Shown: positions 51,936-62,108 of the stretch, one piece after another
Numbering within the stretch: position 1 is the stretch's first letter
Layout of the letters: the number at the start of each line of letters is the position of its first letter
Assembly: GCA_963753975.1 (NCBI GenBank)
Contig: CAVWEH010000002.1
Coordinates: 576,001 to 640,000, forward strand
Direction: 5' to 3'
Length of the DNA stretch: 64,000 bases
From: an uncultured delta proteobacterium
Lineage (GTDB): Bacteria > Desulfobacterota > Syntrophia > Syntrophales > Smithellaceae
Translations under genes and position numbers: made by a program
The notes under the pieces: generated by a model
Told to the model about the DNA's origin: nothing
The model's input: only the letters and a program-made list of their open reading frames with translations
Databases searched by the model: none

Positions 51936-53723
51936 ATGGAGAAAAAAGTACCTTTAACAATAGATGGAAAAAAAGTGGAAGCTTTTGCGGGCCAAACCAT
52001 TTTAGAATGTGCCAATGAAAACGGCATTTTTATCCCCACGCTTTGTAACCATCCTGCACTCTCTCCTATTGGGGCTTGCCGGATGTGTCTGGTAGAAATA
52101 AAAGGGCAACGTAATTTGCAGACCTCGTGTACATTTCCTGTAACCGATGGAATGGAAATACAAACTGATTCCAAGGCGGTAATTGATGCCCGCAAGCTGG
52201 TTCTGGATATGATCTTTTCGGAAAGAAATCATTTTTGTCCCTATTGTGAGATGAGCGGCAATTGCGAGTTGCAGGATCTCGGTTACCGTTATCGCGTTGA
52301 TCACTGGGTATTCCCCACTTATACGAAAGCTTTTCCACTGGATGCCACCCATAAATACTACCTGATGGAACACAACCGGTGCGTCCTTTGCGAAAGATGC
52401 ATTCGTGCCTGCGATGAGCTTGTGGCTAATCACACCCTGGGTTTAAGACAGCGGGGAAGTGAGAGTATGGTTCACGCCGACGGCAATATTCCGCTCGGTG
52501 AATCTACCTGCATATCCTGCGGCACCTGTACTCAGGTTTGTCCAACGGGAGCTCTATTTTACAAAAGAAGCGCTTTTATGGGCAAAGACAGCGTGACTAA
52601 ACAAGTAAAAAGCACCTGCAATCAATGCAGCATCGGCTGTGGTACGGAAATTGTAACACGCGGCGGAAATGTTCTCTGCATTATGGGCGATTGGGATGCT
52701 CCGGTTAATAAAGGGCTACTTTGCAAAATGGGCCGTTTTGAACCCTTATATGACAGCCGCCAGAGACTGACCAAGCCCCTTTTACGCACTAAAGGGAAGT
52801 TCGAAGAAATAAGCTGGGAAAAAGCAATCCAGACGCTGGCCAAGCAGATTAACACAATCAAAGCTCCGGAAATAGGCGTGCTTGCCGGCAGTTATTCCTC
52901 CAACGAAGCACTTTATTTGATTAAAAAATTATTCAAGCAGGAATTGCACGTCTCCAATATCGGTCTCATCAATATGGCGGCACCCAGGATTTTCAACAAA
53001 GCTCAGAGTAAACTGGAAGATATTGCCCAAAGCGATATTATTCTTGTCATCGGTTCCGATCCGCTAAATGACCAGCCGGTCGCTTCCTTCATCATTAAGC
53101 GCGCCGTAGACAAGGGAGCAAGACTTATTGTAGTTGATGATAAGAAAAATGGTTTGGCTCCGTTTGCCTTCCTGAATATCGCTATGGCCGATATAAGCAA
53201 AGCAATGGAAGTTGCCAAAAGAGCCAATAATCCGTTTATTCTTTACGGCGCCAGTATTACCAAACCGGCCCTAGCCGAGCTCAAGAAACTGGAAGATAAA
53301 GCAAAATACATCATCGTCGAATCGGGCGTCAATACCGTAGCGGCAGCGGCATTGGGATTAAATAACGGTTATGATCCCGCCTCCCTCAAACTTGTATATG
53401 TCTTACTGGGTGAGCAAAATTACGCGGGCGACGATCTATTCAAAAAAATTCCTCAAAATGCATTTATCGTGGCACAGGCAAGCTATTTATCGCCTCTCAC
53501 AGAGAGGGCAGACCTTGTGTTACCTGCGGCAATCTGGTCGGAACAAACGAGCAGCTTGACCAATATCGAAGGAAGGATACAGAGTATGAATCGCGCGGTG
53601 GAACCTTTAGGCGATGCTAAACCGGATTGGGAAGCATTGCAATTATTATCAATACAACTGGGCAAGGATATTTCCGTGTCTATAAATGAAGCTTCAGCTG
53701 AAGTGATCAAGTCTCTTAAATGA
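51936..53723 (+). CDS. HydA/NuoG-like Fe-S subunit without H-cluster (degenerate molybdopterin-oxidoreductase fold)
   Basis: IPTLC..GACRMC, H-CPYC---G-C, two CxxCxxCxxxC, CNQCSIGC...LC; no H-cluster motifs. Confidence 0.85.
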   Translation: MEKKVPLTIDGKKVEAFAGQTILECANENGIFIPTLCNHPALSPIGACRMCLVEIKGQRNLQTSCTFPVTDGMEIQTDSKAVIDARKLVLDMIFSERNHFCPYCEMSGNCELQDLGYRYRVDHWVFPTYTKAFPLDATHKYYLMEHNRCVLCERCIRACDELVANHTLGLRQRGSESMVHADGNIPLGESTCISCGTCTQVCPTGALFYKRSAFMGKDSVTKQVKSTCNQCSIGCGTEIVTRGGNVLCIMGDWDAPVNKGLLCKMGRFEPLYDSRQRLTKPLLRTKGKFEEISWEKAIQTLAKQINTIKAPEIGVLAGSYSSNEALYLIKKLFKQELHVSNIGLINMAAPRIFNKAQSKLEDIAQSDIILVIGSDPLNDQPVASFIIKRAVDKGARLIVVDDKKNGLAPFAFLNIAMADISKAMEVAKRANNPFILYGASITKPALAELKKLEDKAKYIIVESGVNTVAAAALGLNNGYDPASLKLVYVLLGEQNYAGDDLFKKIPQNAFIVAQASYLSPLTERADLVLPAAIWSEQTSSLTNIEGRIQSMNRAVEPLGDAKPDWEALQLLSIQLGKDISVSINEASAEVIKSLK

Positions 53724-53737
53724 AAGGAGAAGCCTAG

Positions 53738-54283
53738 ATGGCAAAAGTCAAGATAGCGACAGACTGGTTAGCAGGCTGCGCCGGATGTCATATGTCGTTA
53801 CTGGATATTGATGAGCGTATTGTAGGGCTATCGGAATTGGTTGAATTTACGTCAAGTCCGATAACAGACCTCAAGCATCCGCCTAAATCAGGCGTAACCG
53901 TGGGTATTCTGGAAGGAGCTATCTGCAACACTCACAATATTGAAGTCGCCAAGCAAATGCGCGAACGCTGCGATATCCTCATTGCAGTTGGCGACTGCGC
54001 AACATTCGGCGGTGTTCCGGCCATGCGTAATCTGGTGGGTACTGATGTGGCCTTAAAGCGTGCGTATCTGGAAACGGAAAGCACTGTTGATGGAGTTATT
54101 CCGGATTCTTTGGAGCTGGGAAGGCCTCTGGATTTTGTCGTGGGAGTTGACAAAATCGTCAAAGTTGATCTGTTCATTCCGGGTTGTCCGCCGAGGGCGG
54201 ATGCATTTTATTATGCCTTAACGGAGTTGCTTGCGGGTCGCACACCGGTAATATTGCCGCCCGAAGTATTTACATATGATTAG
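53738..54283 (+). CDS. [NiFe]-hydrogenase small subunit (HydS/HoxY-like)
   Basis: WLAGCAGCHMS, GDCA--GGVP, IPGCPP; proximal cluster only. Confidence 0.88.
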   Translation: MAKVKIATDWLAGCAGCHMSLLDIDERIVGLSELVEFTSSPITDLKHPPKSGVTVGILEGAICNTHNIEVAKQMRERCDILIAVGDCATFGGVPAMRNLVGTDVALKRAYLETESTVDGVIPDSLELGRPLDFVVGVDKIVKVDLFIPGCPPRADAFYYALTELLAGRTPVILPPEVFTYD

Positions 54284-54295
54284 AGGAGAACATTT

Positions 54296-55724
54296 ATGGG
54301 TCGGAAGATAACTATTGAACCTGTAACACGTATTGAAGGCCACGGACGTGTAACAATACATCTGGATGATCAAGGTGCGGTGGAACAAACTTTTTTCCAC
54401 GTTGACGAATTCCGTGGTCTGGAAAAATTCTGCGAAGGGCGTCCGTATTATGAAATGCCGCAAATTACACAACGCATATGCGGAATCTGCCCGATCAGCC
54501 ATCACCTGGCAGCGTGCTAAAGCCGGGGATGCAATTTCTCGTGTCGAGCCTCCGCGTCCGGCCAAATTATTGCGCGAGTTGATGCACATGGGACAGGTTG
54601 TTCAGTCGCACGGCATGCATTTTTTTCATCTGGCGGCGCCGGATCTGCTCTTTGGCTTTGATGCGGATCCCGCAACGCGTAATGTTTTCAGAATAATTAA
54701 GGAAAATCCAAAACTGGCACTGAAGGCCGTGAACATGCGCCGCTATGGTCAACAGATCATAGAGCGGCTGGGCGGAAAACGCGTTCATGCGAATTTTGCG
54801 GTTCCCGGCGGAGTCAATGCTCCATTGACTGAAGAAAATCGTAAAGCCATAGCATCCGAACTAAAGACGATGACTGCAACAGCTCAGGAGGCGATAAGCA
54901 TAGCTAAAGGCTGGCTCGAAGCCAATCAGGAAACGGCAGCAACTTTTGCCTCTTTTCCTTCCAGTTATATGGGGCTGGTGGATGCCGAAGGAGGTCTGCA
55001 GCTGTATGACGGTGAAATTCGCGTGAAAGACGCGCAAGGCAATTTTCTGGCTCAGTTTAAGCCGGAGCACTATCTATCTTTTATTGCCGAACACGTTGAA
55101 CGGTGGTCCTTTTTGAAGTATCCTTACCTGCGTAAGATGGGCTTTCCCCAGGGTTTCTATCGCGTTGGACCATTGGGCAGACTGAATGTCATTGATAAAA
55201 TCGGCACACCCCTGGCGCAGGAAGAATTCAAACTCTTCCGACAAATCAATAGCGGCATGCCTGTAGAAGGTTCTCTGTACTATCACTACGCGCGTATGAT
55301 TGAAGCTCTTTATGGTGTGGAACGTATTGGCCAGTTACTGGATGATCCGGATATTATGTCCAACAATGTTCGCGCCTATCCGCCGCTTTCGCAGGTTCCT
55401 AGTCAGGGTGTGGGTGTCATTGAAGCACCTCGCGGAACGCTTTTCCATGACTACAGCACAGATGAAAACGGTGTTTTGACCAGAGTTAATCTTATTGTGG
55501 CCACCGGCAATAATAATTGGGCCATGCATACTGCAGCCGGAGCCGTGGCTAAAGCTTGTGTTGACGGCACAAGATTGACTGAAGGAATGCTAAACAGAGT
55601 GGAGGCGGCTATTCGTTGCTATGACCCCTGTTTGTCGTGTTCCACGCATGCCTTAGGCAAAATGCCGCTGGAAGTTACATTGCTCGCGGCAGATGGCACC
55701 GTTCTTGATCGCATCAGCCGTTAA
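54296..55724 (+). CDS. [NiFe]-hydrogenase large subunit (HydL/HoxH-like), split by a +1 frameshift near 54515
   Basis: [33 protein letters not shown]. Confidence 0.9.
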
Positions 55725-55725
55725 T

Positions 55726-55784
55726 AACGGTTATGAACTCCAAAACAAGTTTTGGAAACCACTTCCCGGAATTGGAGTTTCACG
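55726..55784 (-). repeat. Minimal repeat element R7 (left and right ends only)
   Basis: Minus strand cgtgaaactccaattccgg ... tccaaaacttgttttggagttcataaccgt. Confidence 0.75.
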
Positions 55785-55804
55785 AATAAATACAAATAAT
55801 TTTC

Positions 55805-55842
55805 CAGGCGGATAAGTGTGATGCTTACCCGCCTGTTTTTTT
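55805..55842 (+). terminator. Intrinsic terminator after hydL
   Basis: caggcggataag...cttacccgcctg followed by T7. Confidence 0.7.
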
Positions 55843-55851
55843 CTGAAAAAT

Positions 55852-56068
55852 CACGGGTATGAACCTCAAAGCAAGCAAGCTTTGGAAACAAATTCCGCAG
55901 CAAGCTGCGGGGTATTAAACCCTCCGCTTCGCGGGATAATTTCCAATAGCCTTTGGCTATTGGATAGTTCGACTTACAAATTTCATTCTGCTGCGCTTAT
56001 GAAATTTGAGTCTCACTACAACTAACGCTTCCTATAGTCAGCGAGTCTCATTAAATTGGAGTTTCACC
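55852..56068 (-). repeat. Composite repeat element R8 (truncated, short and full core units, all tail modules)
   Basis: Minus strand agtgagactc-aaatttcat-aagcgcagcaga-atgaaattt-gtaagtcgaact | atccaatagccaaaggctattgga | atcccgcgaagcggagggt | ccgcagcttgctgcgg ... ttcatacccgtg. Confidence 0.9.
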
Positions 56069-56074
56069 AATAAA

Positions 56075-56569
56075 ATGGATTCCAAAACTATTATCATTGG
56101 ATATGGCAATATAGACCGCGCAGACGACGGCGTTGCCTTTGCCGTAATAAATGAGCTGCGCCGTCAACTGGGCCAGAAAATGCTGGAAGAGGGTGATACC
56201 GGTTTGGACGAGCTAAATTCCGAAAATGATTCAATTTTTCTATCCCAGCTGGTACCGGAAATTATGGAACTGCTCACGGGCTATAATAGAATAATGTTTG
56301 TTGATGCTCATGTTGGTGCTGATACGGAAGACTTCAACTGTTCACCGGTTCTGGCACAATACACTTCTTCTTCATTTACCCATCATATGACGCCGTCCAC
56401 ACTTTTGGCATTTCTCCAGACTATGTATCAGTGCGAACCGGAAGCGCATTTAATCTCCATACGCGGTTACGATTTTGATTTTAAGAGAACCCTTTCGCCT
56501 AAGGTGCGGGCGCTTGTGCAACCGGCAGTGAAGGCCATTTTGAAATTGATGAATCAATCACGGGTATGA
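56075..56569 (+). CDS. Hydrogenase maturation protease
   Basis: IIGYGN-DR-DDG, FVDA, THH; start placed at ATG 56075. Confidence 0.85.
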   Translation: MDSKTIIIGYGNIDRADDGVAFAVINELRRQLGQKMLEEGDTGLDELNSENDSIFLSQLVPEIMELLTGYNRIMFVDAHVGADTEDFNCSPVLAQYTSSSFTHHMTPSTLLAFLQTMYQCEPEAHLISIRGYDFDFKRTLSPKVRALVQPAVKAILKLMNQSRV

Positions 56570-56654
56570 ACCACAAGGTAAAGTTTGGAGGCCAATTCTA
56601 AAGCCCGCTGCAGGGTACTTATACGGGATCAATTCAACTAACAGACTTTACTGC
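56559..56654 (-). repeat. Degenerate repeat element R9
   Basis: Minus strand gca-gtaaagtct-gttagttgaatt-gatcccg ... ttcatacccgtg. Confidence 0.7.
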
Positions 56655-56682
56655 TCTGAGCGAAAATGTCTTTAATATAAAA

Positions 56683-56946
56683 TCAACATTTATAAGGATA
56701 GAAATGGCTATGGCAATACGATCCCGGATCACTTTGCGTCAACTCAACTTCTACTGAACATTGTGCCAGTATTTGGCCGGATATTGCTTTATAGTCAGGT
56801 AGTTTCTCCTCTAGTCTTTTGCAGTCCATGCAAATTGCTTCATGATCATAACAGGACAAAATTCTTTCGTCACGGAGACTTAAACTTTTATGGCATCTAA
56901 AACATTCGATTGCACACATAATTTTTTGTTTCCAGTCATCTTTCAT
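56683..56946 (-). CDS. Small Cys/His-rich hypothetical protein
   Basis: CFRC, RILS-YDH--ICMDC, YC-SHF-P--C; AAGGAG RBS. Confidence 0.65.
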   Translation of the reverse strand: MKDDWKQKIMCAIECFRCHKSLSLRDERILSCYDHEAICMDCKRLEEKLPDYKAISGQILAQCSVEVELTQSDPGSYCHSHFYPYKC

Positions 56947-57196
56947 TTTTTGCTCCTTTCAGTTCTTCTAAGAATATTGAAAAATAAAGCCCGACCTATA
57001 AAATTGCCTCTTAATTTAATGTTCAATGAATACCTTGTCAAGAAGCAGGGAAATAAGCCCCTGCATACTTGACAAATTATCTTGATGCGCTACCAGTCAA
57101 CTTGTAATTAAAAAATATTTCTGTATTTCTGACTTTTCTGTTTGACATAAATACGAAAGTTTAATATAGAGAAAAAAATTATCAAGGAGGTTTCTT

Positions 57197-57760
57197 ATGT
57201 CTGACAATTTTGCTAATCCGGCTCCACTTGGTTTGATGGGTTTTGGAATGACTACCGTTCTTTTAAACATTCATAATGCCGGCTTGTCCGGAATTAGCGC
57301 TGTTATTATGGCAATGGGTATTTTCTATGGGGGAATTGCCCAGATTATCGCAGGCCGTATGGAATTTAAAAAAGGAAACACGTTTGGTACCACCGCCTTC
57401 ACATCTTACGGACTCTTCTGGTTGACGCTTGTGTTTCTCGTTTATTTCAATGGGAAATTCGATATGCCCGTCAACCAGGTGGGATTCATGGCCTGGTATT
57501 TTTTCATGTGGGGGCTCTTTACATTTTTTATGTGGATCGGTACCTGGAAGATCAATCGAGGACTTCAGGTTGTCTTTCTGACGCTGACCATCCTGTTCTG
57601 GATGCTTGCGGCACGTGACGCGTTCGGCTGGACCGGAACATGGGCGATTGTAACCGGCTACGAAGGTATTTTCTGCGGCGCTTCGGCCATTTACTGTGCC
57701 ATGGCGCAGGTGCTCAATGAAAACTTCAAAAGAGTAGTCTTGCCGCTGGGCCAGAAATAG
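57197..57760 (+). CDS. satP: Succinate-acetate transporter, GPR1/FUN34/YaaH family
   Basis: ANPAPLGLMGFGMTT, YGG-AQ, NTFG-TAF-SYG-FW. Confidence 0.93.
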   Translation: MSDNFANPAPLGLMGFGMTTVLLNIHNAGLSGISAVIMAMGIFYGGIAQIIAGRMEFKKGNTFGTTAFTSYGLFWLTLVFLVYFNGKFDMPVNQVGFMAWYFFMWGLFTFFMWIGTWKINRGLQVVFLTLTILFWMLAARDAFGWTGTWAIVTGYEGIFCGASAIYCAMAQVLNENFKRVVLPLGQK

Positions 57761-57961
57761 TTTTAATGCCAATTCGCTTTGAATGTCCCGCCATAAGTGC
57801 GGAAATTCCCGGTAAGGCCAAGGATGTATTCGGAACATACACCTTTGCTTTTTCTCGGACGACGGCGCTAGCGGTTGTGGGGCGGGCGCGGGTTTGGCTT
57901 CCTTGAACCGCCGAAAAAGCATAAACACAATTGCAATTCTGATGGACACTGATTTTGAAGT

Positions 57962-57999
57962 AAAAAAGACTCTCTCGTGATGCCGGCGAGGGAGTCTTT
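57962..57999 (-). terminator. Intrinsic terminator (possibly bidirectional) between convergent genes
   Basis: aaagactctctcg...cgagggagtcttt with an A6 run on the left. Confidence 0.7.
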
Positions 58000-58083
58000 C
58001 CTTGTTGGAATTATCAATGATTTTTCTTTAATGCACGATCTTTGAAGTGCTCAAGACAGATAATATATACTAAAATTTCCAAA

Positions 58084-58851
58084 TTACATTTGTTTAAAAA
58101 GATATAGGTAGTTTCGGCTCACGGTGAGAGATTCTGGTCTCTTTCTGAGTTTTATAACTCCCCTACCTGTAAGCGACCGACTGATATTTTCAATTCTGGA
58201 TACGTTTACAATAGTTCCCCGATGAATCTGCCAGAATTGCTGAGGATCGAGTTCGCCAGATAGTTCTTTGATACTCTTTTTAATTAAAGATTCTCCCTGA
58301 GCCGTCATCACCAGGGTATATTTATCTTCGGCCTGAAAATAATCAATCTCTTCAACCGGTATCAAGCGGATATTATCTTTGTGTTGCGTTTTGATCCAGC
58401 GCAGATAATTAGCCTTGGCATTTCCCTGCAGGTCAGTAAGAACACGCGTAATCATTTCGGCAAGACCATCCGGCGGTTCCGGAGAAGCTTGAAGTTGTTT
58501 TTTTAAGCGCTGTATTGTTTGCGTCAATCTTTTTTTTGTTACCGGCTTGACTAGATAATCAACCGCTTCGCGCTCAAAGGCCTCTACAGCATATTGATCA
58601 AACGCGGTGACAAATACAATCCTGCAGATACTCGCAATTTTTTCGGCTACTTTAAGACCGGAAAGACCGGGCATTTTGATGTCCAGGAAAGCTACTTGCG
58701 GACGGCAAGATTCAACAAGCTTCAAGGCTTCTTTTCCGTTAGCCGCTTCGCCGCAAATCTCCAAATCCGGCCAGGTTTCGGCAAGCATTGTCCTGAGGTA
58801 TCCTCTCAACTCCTTTTCATCATCGGCAATGATGGCTTTATAAGTCATCAA
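58084..58851 (-). CDS. LytTR-family response regulator
   Basis: REC domain plus LytTR (DKYT, FWQIHR-TIVN, VSR-Y). Confidence 0.92.
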   Translation of the reverse strand: MMTYKAIIADDEKELRGYLRTMLAETWPDLEICGEAANGKEALKLVESCRPQVAFLDIKMPGLSGLKVAEKIASICRIVFVTAFDQYAVEAFEREAVDYLVKPVTKKRLTQTIQRLKKQLQASPEPPDGLAEMITRVLTDLQGNAKANYLRWIKTQHKDNIRLIPVEEIDYFQAEDKYTLVMTAQGESLIKKSIKELSGELDPQQFWQIHRGTIVNVSRIENISRSLTGRGVIKLRKRPESLTVSRNYLYLFKQM

Positions 58852-59908
58852 TCGGCACCTCGATTGTCACCCTGACACCATGGGGCTTGTTTTCTTCTAT
58901 CTTCAAGCGGCCTTTTTCTCCGAAGAGCAGGGCCAGGCGTTCGCGTACATTGGCAATGCCTACACCGGATTTATTAAAATCAGAGAATCCCAGACCGGTG
59001 TCCGCAACTTCGATTCTCATCAGGCTATTTTCCTCGGTCGCCCTGATCCCGATTTCACCGCCGTCAACTTTAGGTTCCAGCCCATGCTTTACGGCATTTT
59101 CCACCAGCGGCTGAAGCAACATTGGCGGAAAGGATTGTTGCCGCATATTATTCGGAACGTCAATCTTAAAATTTAATCGCTCATCCATTCTTATCTTTTG
59201 AATATTAAGATAAGCCTTGATCATCGCTATTTCCTGATCCAGTGTGGTTTTCTCCGGTAATGTTCGAGATAAAGAGATACGCAGATATTTAGTTAAATCC
59301 AGAAGCATTGATTTGCCCTTTGCCGGTTGTGTTTCGATCAGACTGACGATATTGGAAAGAGTATTGAAAAGGAAATGAGGCTCAATTTGAGCTTGCAGCA
59401 TTCGGAGATTAGCTAAAAGTGATTCTTTTTCCATAGCCATGCGGCTGGTTTTTTCCTGCTCGATCATTTCATTGCGATGCCGTAATCTGGATTTGGTAAT
59501 GAAAAAATATAAAGCGGCACCGCTGAACATAACTGCGGAAAGCATTATTTGCAGCATATGTTTCATTGGCAAATTCAAGGCGATAGAAAACATCTTCTTC
59601 AGAATAAAAAAACCGATATTTAGTCCGATAATTGAACCAGCGATGACGCCTGTAAATATAATTAAAATTAACGTCAGCCAACGCCGCGGCTTGAATACCC
59701 GGAACATAAGAAGGAAAATAGAACAGATTGTCAGGCCAAACGATTGCGATATGATAAAACTGACAATGAAGCGCGTGCTGGGACTGGACAAGGTCAATAC
59801 CAGTGCAATTGCCGTTGATATGACTATGGTATAAAAAAAATCTATTATAATATGCTTACCAGTCAAATAATATTCCGGATTAATTTCGTTTACACATTTT
59901 TGTTCCAT
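58838..59908 (-). CDS. LytS/YehU-type sensor histidine kinase
   Basis: LQAQIEPHFLFNTL, LQPLVENAVKHG, G-G--N--ERL. Confidence 0.92.
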   Translation of the reverse strand: MEQKCVNEINPEYYLTGKHIIIDFFYTIVISTAIALVLTLSSPSTRFIVSFIISQSFGLTICSIFLLMFRVFKPRRWLTLILIIFTGVIAGSIIGLNIGFFILKKMFSIALNLPMKHMLQIMLSAVMFSGAALYFFITKSRLRHRNEMIEQEKTSRMAMEKESLLANLRMLQAQIEPHFLFNTLSNIVSLIETQPAKGKSMLLDLTKYLRISLSRTLPEKTTLDQEIAMIKAYLNIQKIRMDERLNFKIDVPNNMRQQSFPPMLLQPLVENAVKHGLEPKVDGGEIGIRATEENSLMRIEVADTGLGFSDFNKSGVGIANVRERLALLFGEKGRLKIEENKPHGVRVTIEVPIDDL

Positions 59909-59949
59909 GATAATCGCCTAAAGCTCATTTTTTAAAGTTCCACAATTTT

Positions 59950-61311
59950 TTACAGAGTATATTTTATGCCGACCATAACATAATAATTCAGGAGATTCAT
60001 GAGGCTTCCCCCAAACTCCGTATCCCTGTCGCCACCACTGACAACACCAAGAGAGAACAATTCAAAATGATTGCCCAGAGAATATGTCATATATGCCGAG
60101 GCTTGACAAGAACCATCATCCAGATTCTGAGTCCAGCGCATGAAGATCTCTAATTTGTTTTTGATATTAGTCTGCGTATATTGCAGCATTGCATAATTCT
60201 TTCGCAGAAATCTCAGCCCCGGATTTATTGTCTGTCCCAGAGTCATCAGTCCTAATGCTCCGGGCATTCCGCCCATATTAAAAGCCGTGGCGCCATTGCG
60301 CCTTAATGTGTAGTACATTTCGGCTTCGTCACTGTTATAGCCGGGTGCGTTATAAGCATATTCCAGCGAAAAAGTGCCGCTTGCTTCCAGAGTATAGGAA
60401 CTTCCGACTAAAATAATCGGTTTAAGATCAGGATCATCCTCGTGGATTTTTTGCATCGAAGCGCCAAGGGGCGACGACATATCCTTTTGGGGGTATAAGG
60501 CATTGCTCCCTTGAGCTAAGCTCCCTTCGCCATAAAGCAGCACCGAGTCAGAAATAGTCCAGCCTCCAAAAAATCCCAATGTTTTTTTATAATCTTTCTG
60601 AGAGAGAATGATTGAAGCATAATTTTCCCGTCCCGTATAATCGGCTTTTAGAGCGTAAGTTTTTTCAAAGGGGTCGGGACCACCGAGCATGTTGCGTCCC
60701 TCGTCGGTATTAACTATGAAGGATGCTGTCCAGGAACCATAAGGGATCCAGACCACACGGGCAAAATCCATTCCGGGAATTTCCAGGAAGGGATTGCTGC
60801 GGCCGTTATCCTGGAAAAAAGGATTGGAAGGAGAAAAAAGAAAAGAAGGGCCCCATTGCAGATTCTCCCGGCCATAGGATACAAAGAGATTTTCCCTGGC
60901 TTTCAATCGCACGAGCCATTCATTAACATATACATCGCTTTTCCATTGAGTATCGCCACTGCGTGATCCTTCCTGCCAGATGTCGAACTCCAACCTTGCT
61001 CTGGGTTTTGCGGAAAACTCCAATGGCTCCAGGTTCAAGCGCAGATCGGGACGCAATTCGACATTTGCAGTGTAATGCGGCAATTGGAGAAAATTATTGT
61101 CTGGATTTTGAGAGGAATTGGTCGGCTCCTGAACAATTCCATAAGTCATAATTCGCCAATCTGCGGAAAAGCCTTCGTTGAATTTCTGAATAATCGATGG
61201 TTTTGTATCTCCGGAATCATCGGCGCCGGCAACGTGCGGCCACGATCCCCAACCAGCAATCAACAAGAAAATGATTACTGAAAGAATCTTTCTTACACAG
61301 CTTCGTCTCAT
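59950..61311 (-). CDS. Putative outer-membrane beta-barrel protein
   Basis: Signal peptide, GRENLQWG, C-terminal G-KY-L; located in a Lol-like cluster. Confidence 0.6.
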   Translation of the reverse strand: MRRSCVRKILSVIIFLLIAGWGSWPHVAGADDSGDTKPSIIQKFNEGFSADWRIMTYGIVQEPTNSSQNPDNNFLQLPHYTANVELRPDLRLNLEPLEFSAKPRARLEFDIWQEGSRSGDTQWKSDVYVNEWLVRLKARENLFVSYGRENLQWGPSFLFSPSNPFFQDNGRSNPFLEIPGMDFARVVWIPYGSWTASFIVNTDEGRNMLGGPDPFEKTYALKADYTGRENYASIILSQKDYKKTLGFFGGWTISDSVLLYGEGSLAQGSNALYPQKDMSSPLGASMQKIHEDDPDLKPIILVGSSYTLEASGTFSLEYAYNAPGYNSDEAEMYYTLRRNGATAFNMGGMPGALGLMTLGQTINPGLRFLRKNYAMLQYTQTNIKNKLEIFMRWTQNLDDGSCQASAYMTYSLGNHFELFSLGVVSGGDRDTEFGGSLMNLLNYYVMVGIKYTL

Positions 61312-61320
61312 TGGAAAACT

Positions 61321-62086
61321 CTATTTCGTCAGCAGGTTCAGATTGAAAGTGGCATCGGAAACTTTTTTGAGCACAGGTTTGTTATAGTACATGGTCGTTA
61401 CATCTTCTTTTATTATGGCGCTGGTAATAATCATTTTGGAGATAAACTCCCGCGGTTTTTCATTAATTGTGATGCTGTTTTTATATTCGAATGTTGCTGT
61501 TTTAAACATTTTACCGGAAACAGTGTAGAATTCAGCTTTCAGCCCCACGAGACGCTCCTTGGATATCCAGTATTTAATCCGGTCATAAGTAGCTCTGCTA
61601 TCCACCGCTTGTAAGTCCATCAGAAGACAAGCCTCACCGTTCGCTTTACTTTCCGCTGTGTGTATGATTTTGTAATCACCCGCATAGTTAGTGGAGGCAA
61701 TATCGCCATTGGCCGCGCCGCCCATAAGCTTTTGCCGCGGAGAAATGGGAACAGCTTTGGAAAGCCCCGGTTTGGCAAACCACATGTTGCGGTCCTGCAT
61801 CAACAGCTTTTGACCTTTCACATTAGCCGGCGCCAAAGTATCGGCCAGAGAATTATAGCCTCGGGCATATACCCGCAACGTCTCTGTGCTGTTCACGTCC
61901 TCCCTCAATGGAATCAATAGAAATCTCCCACTGGATTCCTTCGGCATTGCCACGGGCTTCATCCGCTTTTTGAAGCATTTCCTTGGGACTCATCTGCGTT
62001 TGGGCAGAGGAAACAGAAAAACTTAGACAATAAATGACTACAAAAATCATTGCCATTAAATATCGCTGTTCGAATCGTGTTTTCAT
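61321..62086 (-). CDS. Outer membrane lipoprotein-sorting (LolA-like) protein, split by a +1 frameshift near 61880
   Basis: Signal peptide; P---KG-K-L, PISPRQKL-G----GDI, TY--I-YWI. Confidence 0.8.
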
Positions 62087-62108
62087 TTTTTTCTCCTATT
62101 TTTTTATT

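Noticed and set aside
54296..55724. Selenocysteine or programmed recoding in the hydrogenase large subunit
   Set aside because: The break is a TAA caused by a one-base frame change, not an in-frame TGA. Both large subunits have DPCxxC with Cys.
57263..57949. Long antisense or overlapping ORFs in the ORF track (e.g. 57263-57949, 12305-13096, 2500-3147, 38507-39121)
   Set aside because: These are shadows of well-supported genes on the opposite strand or in another frame, with no recognisable motifs.
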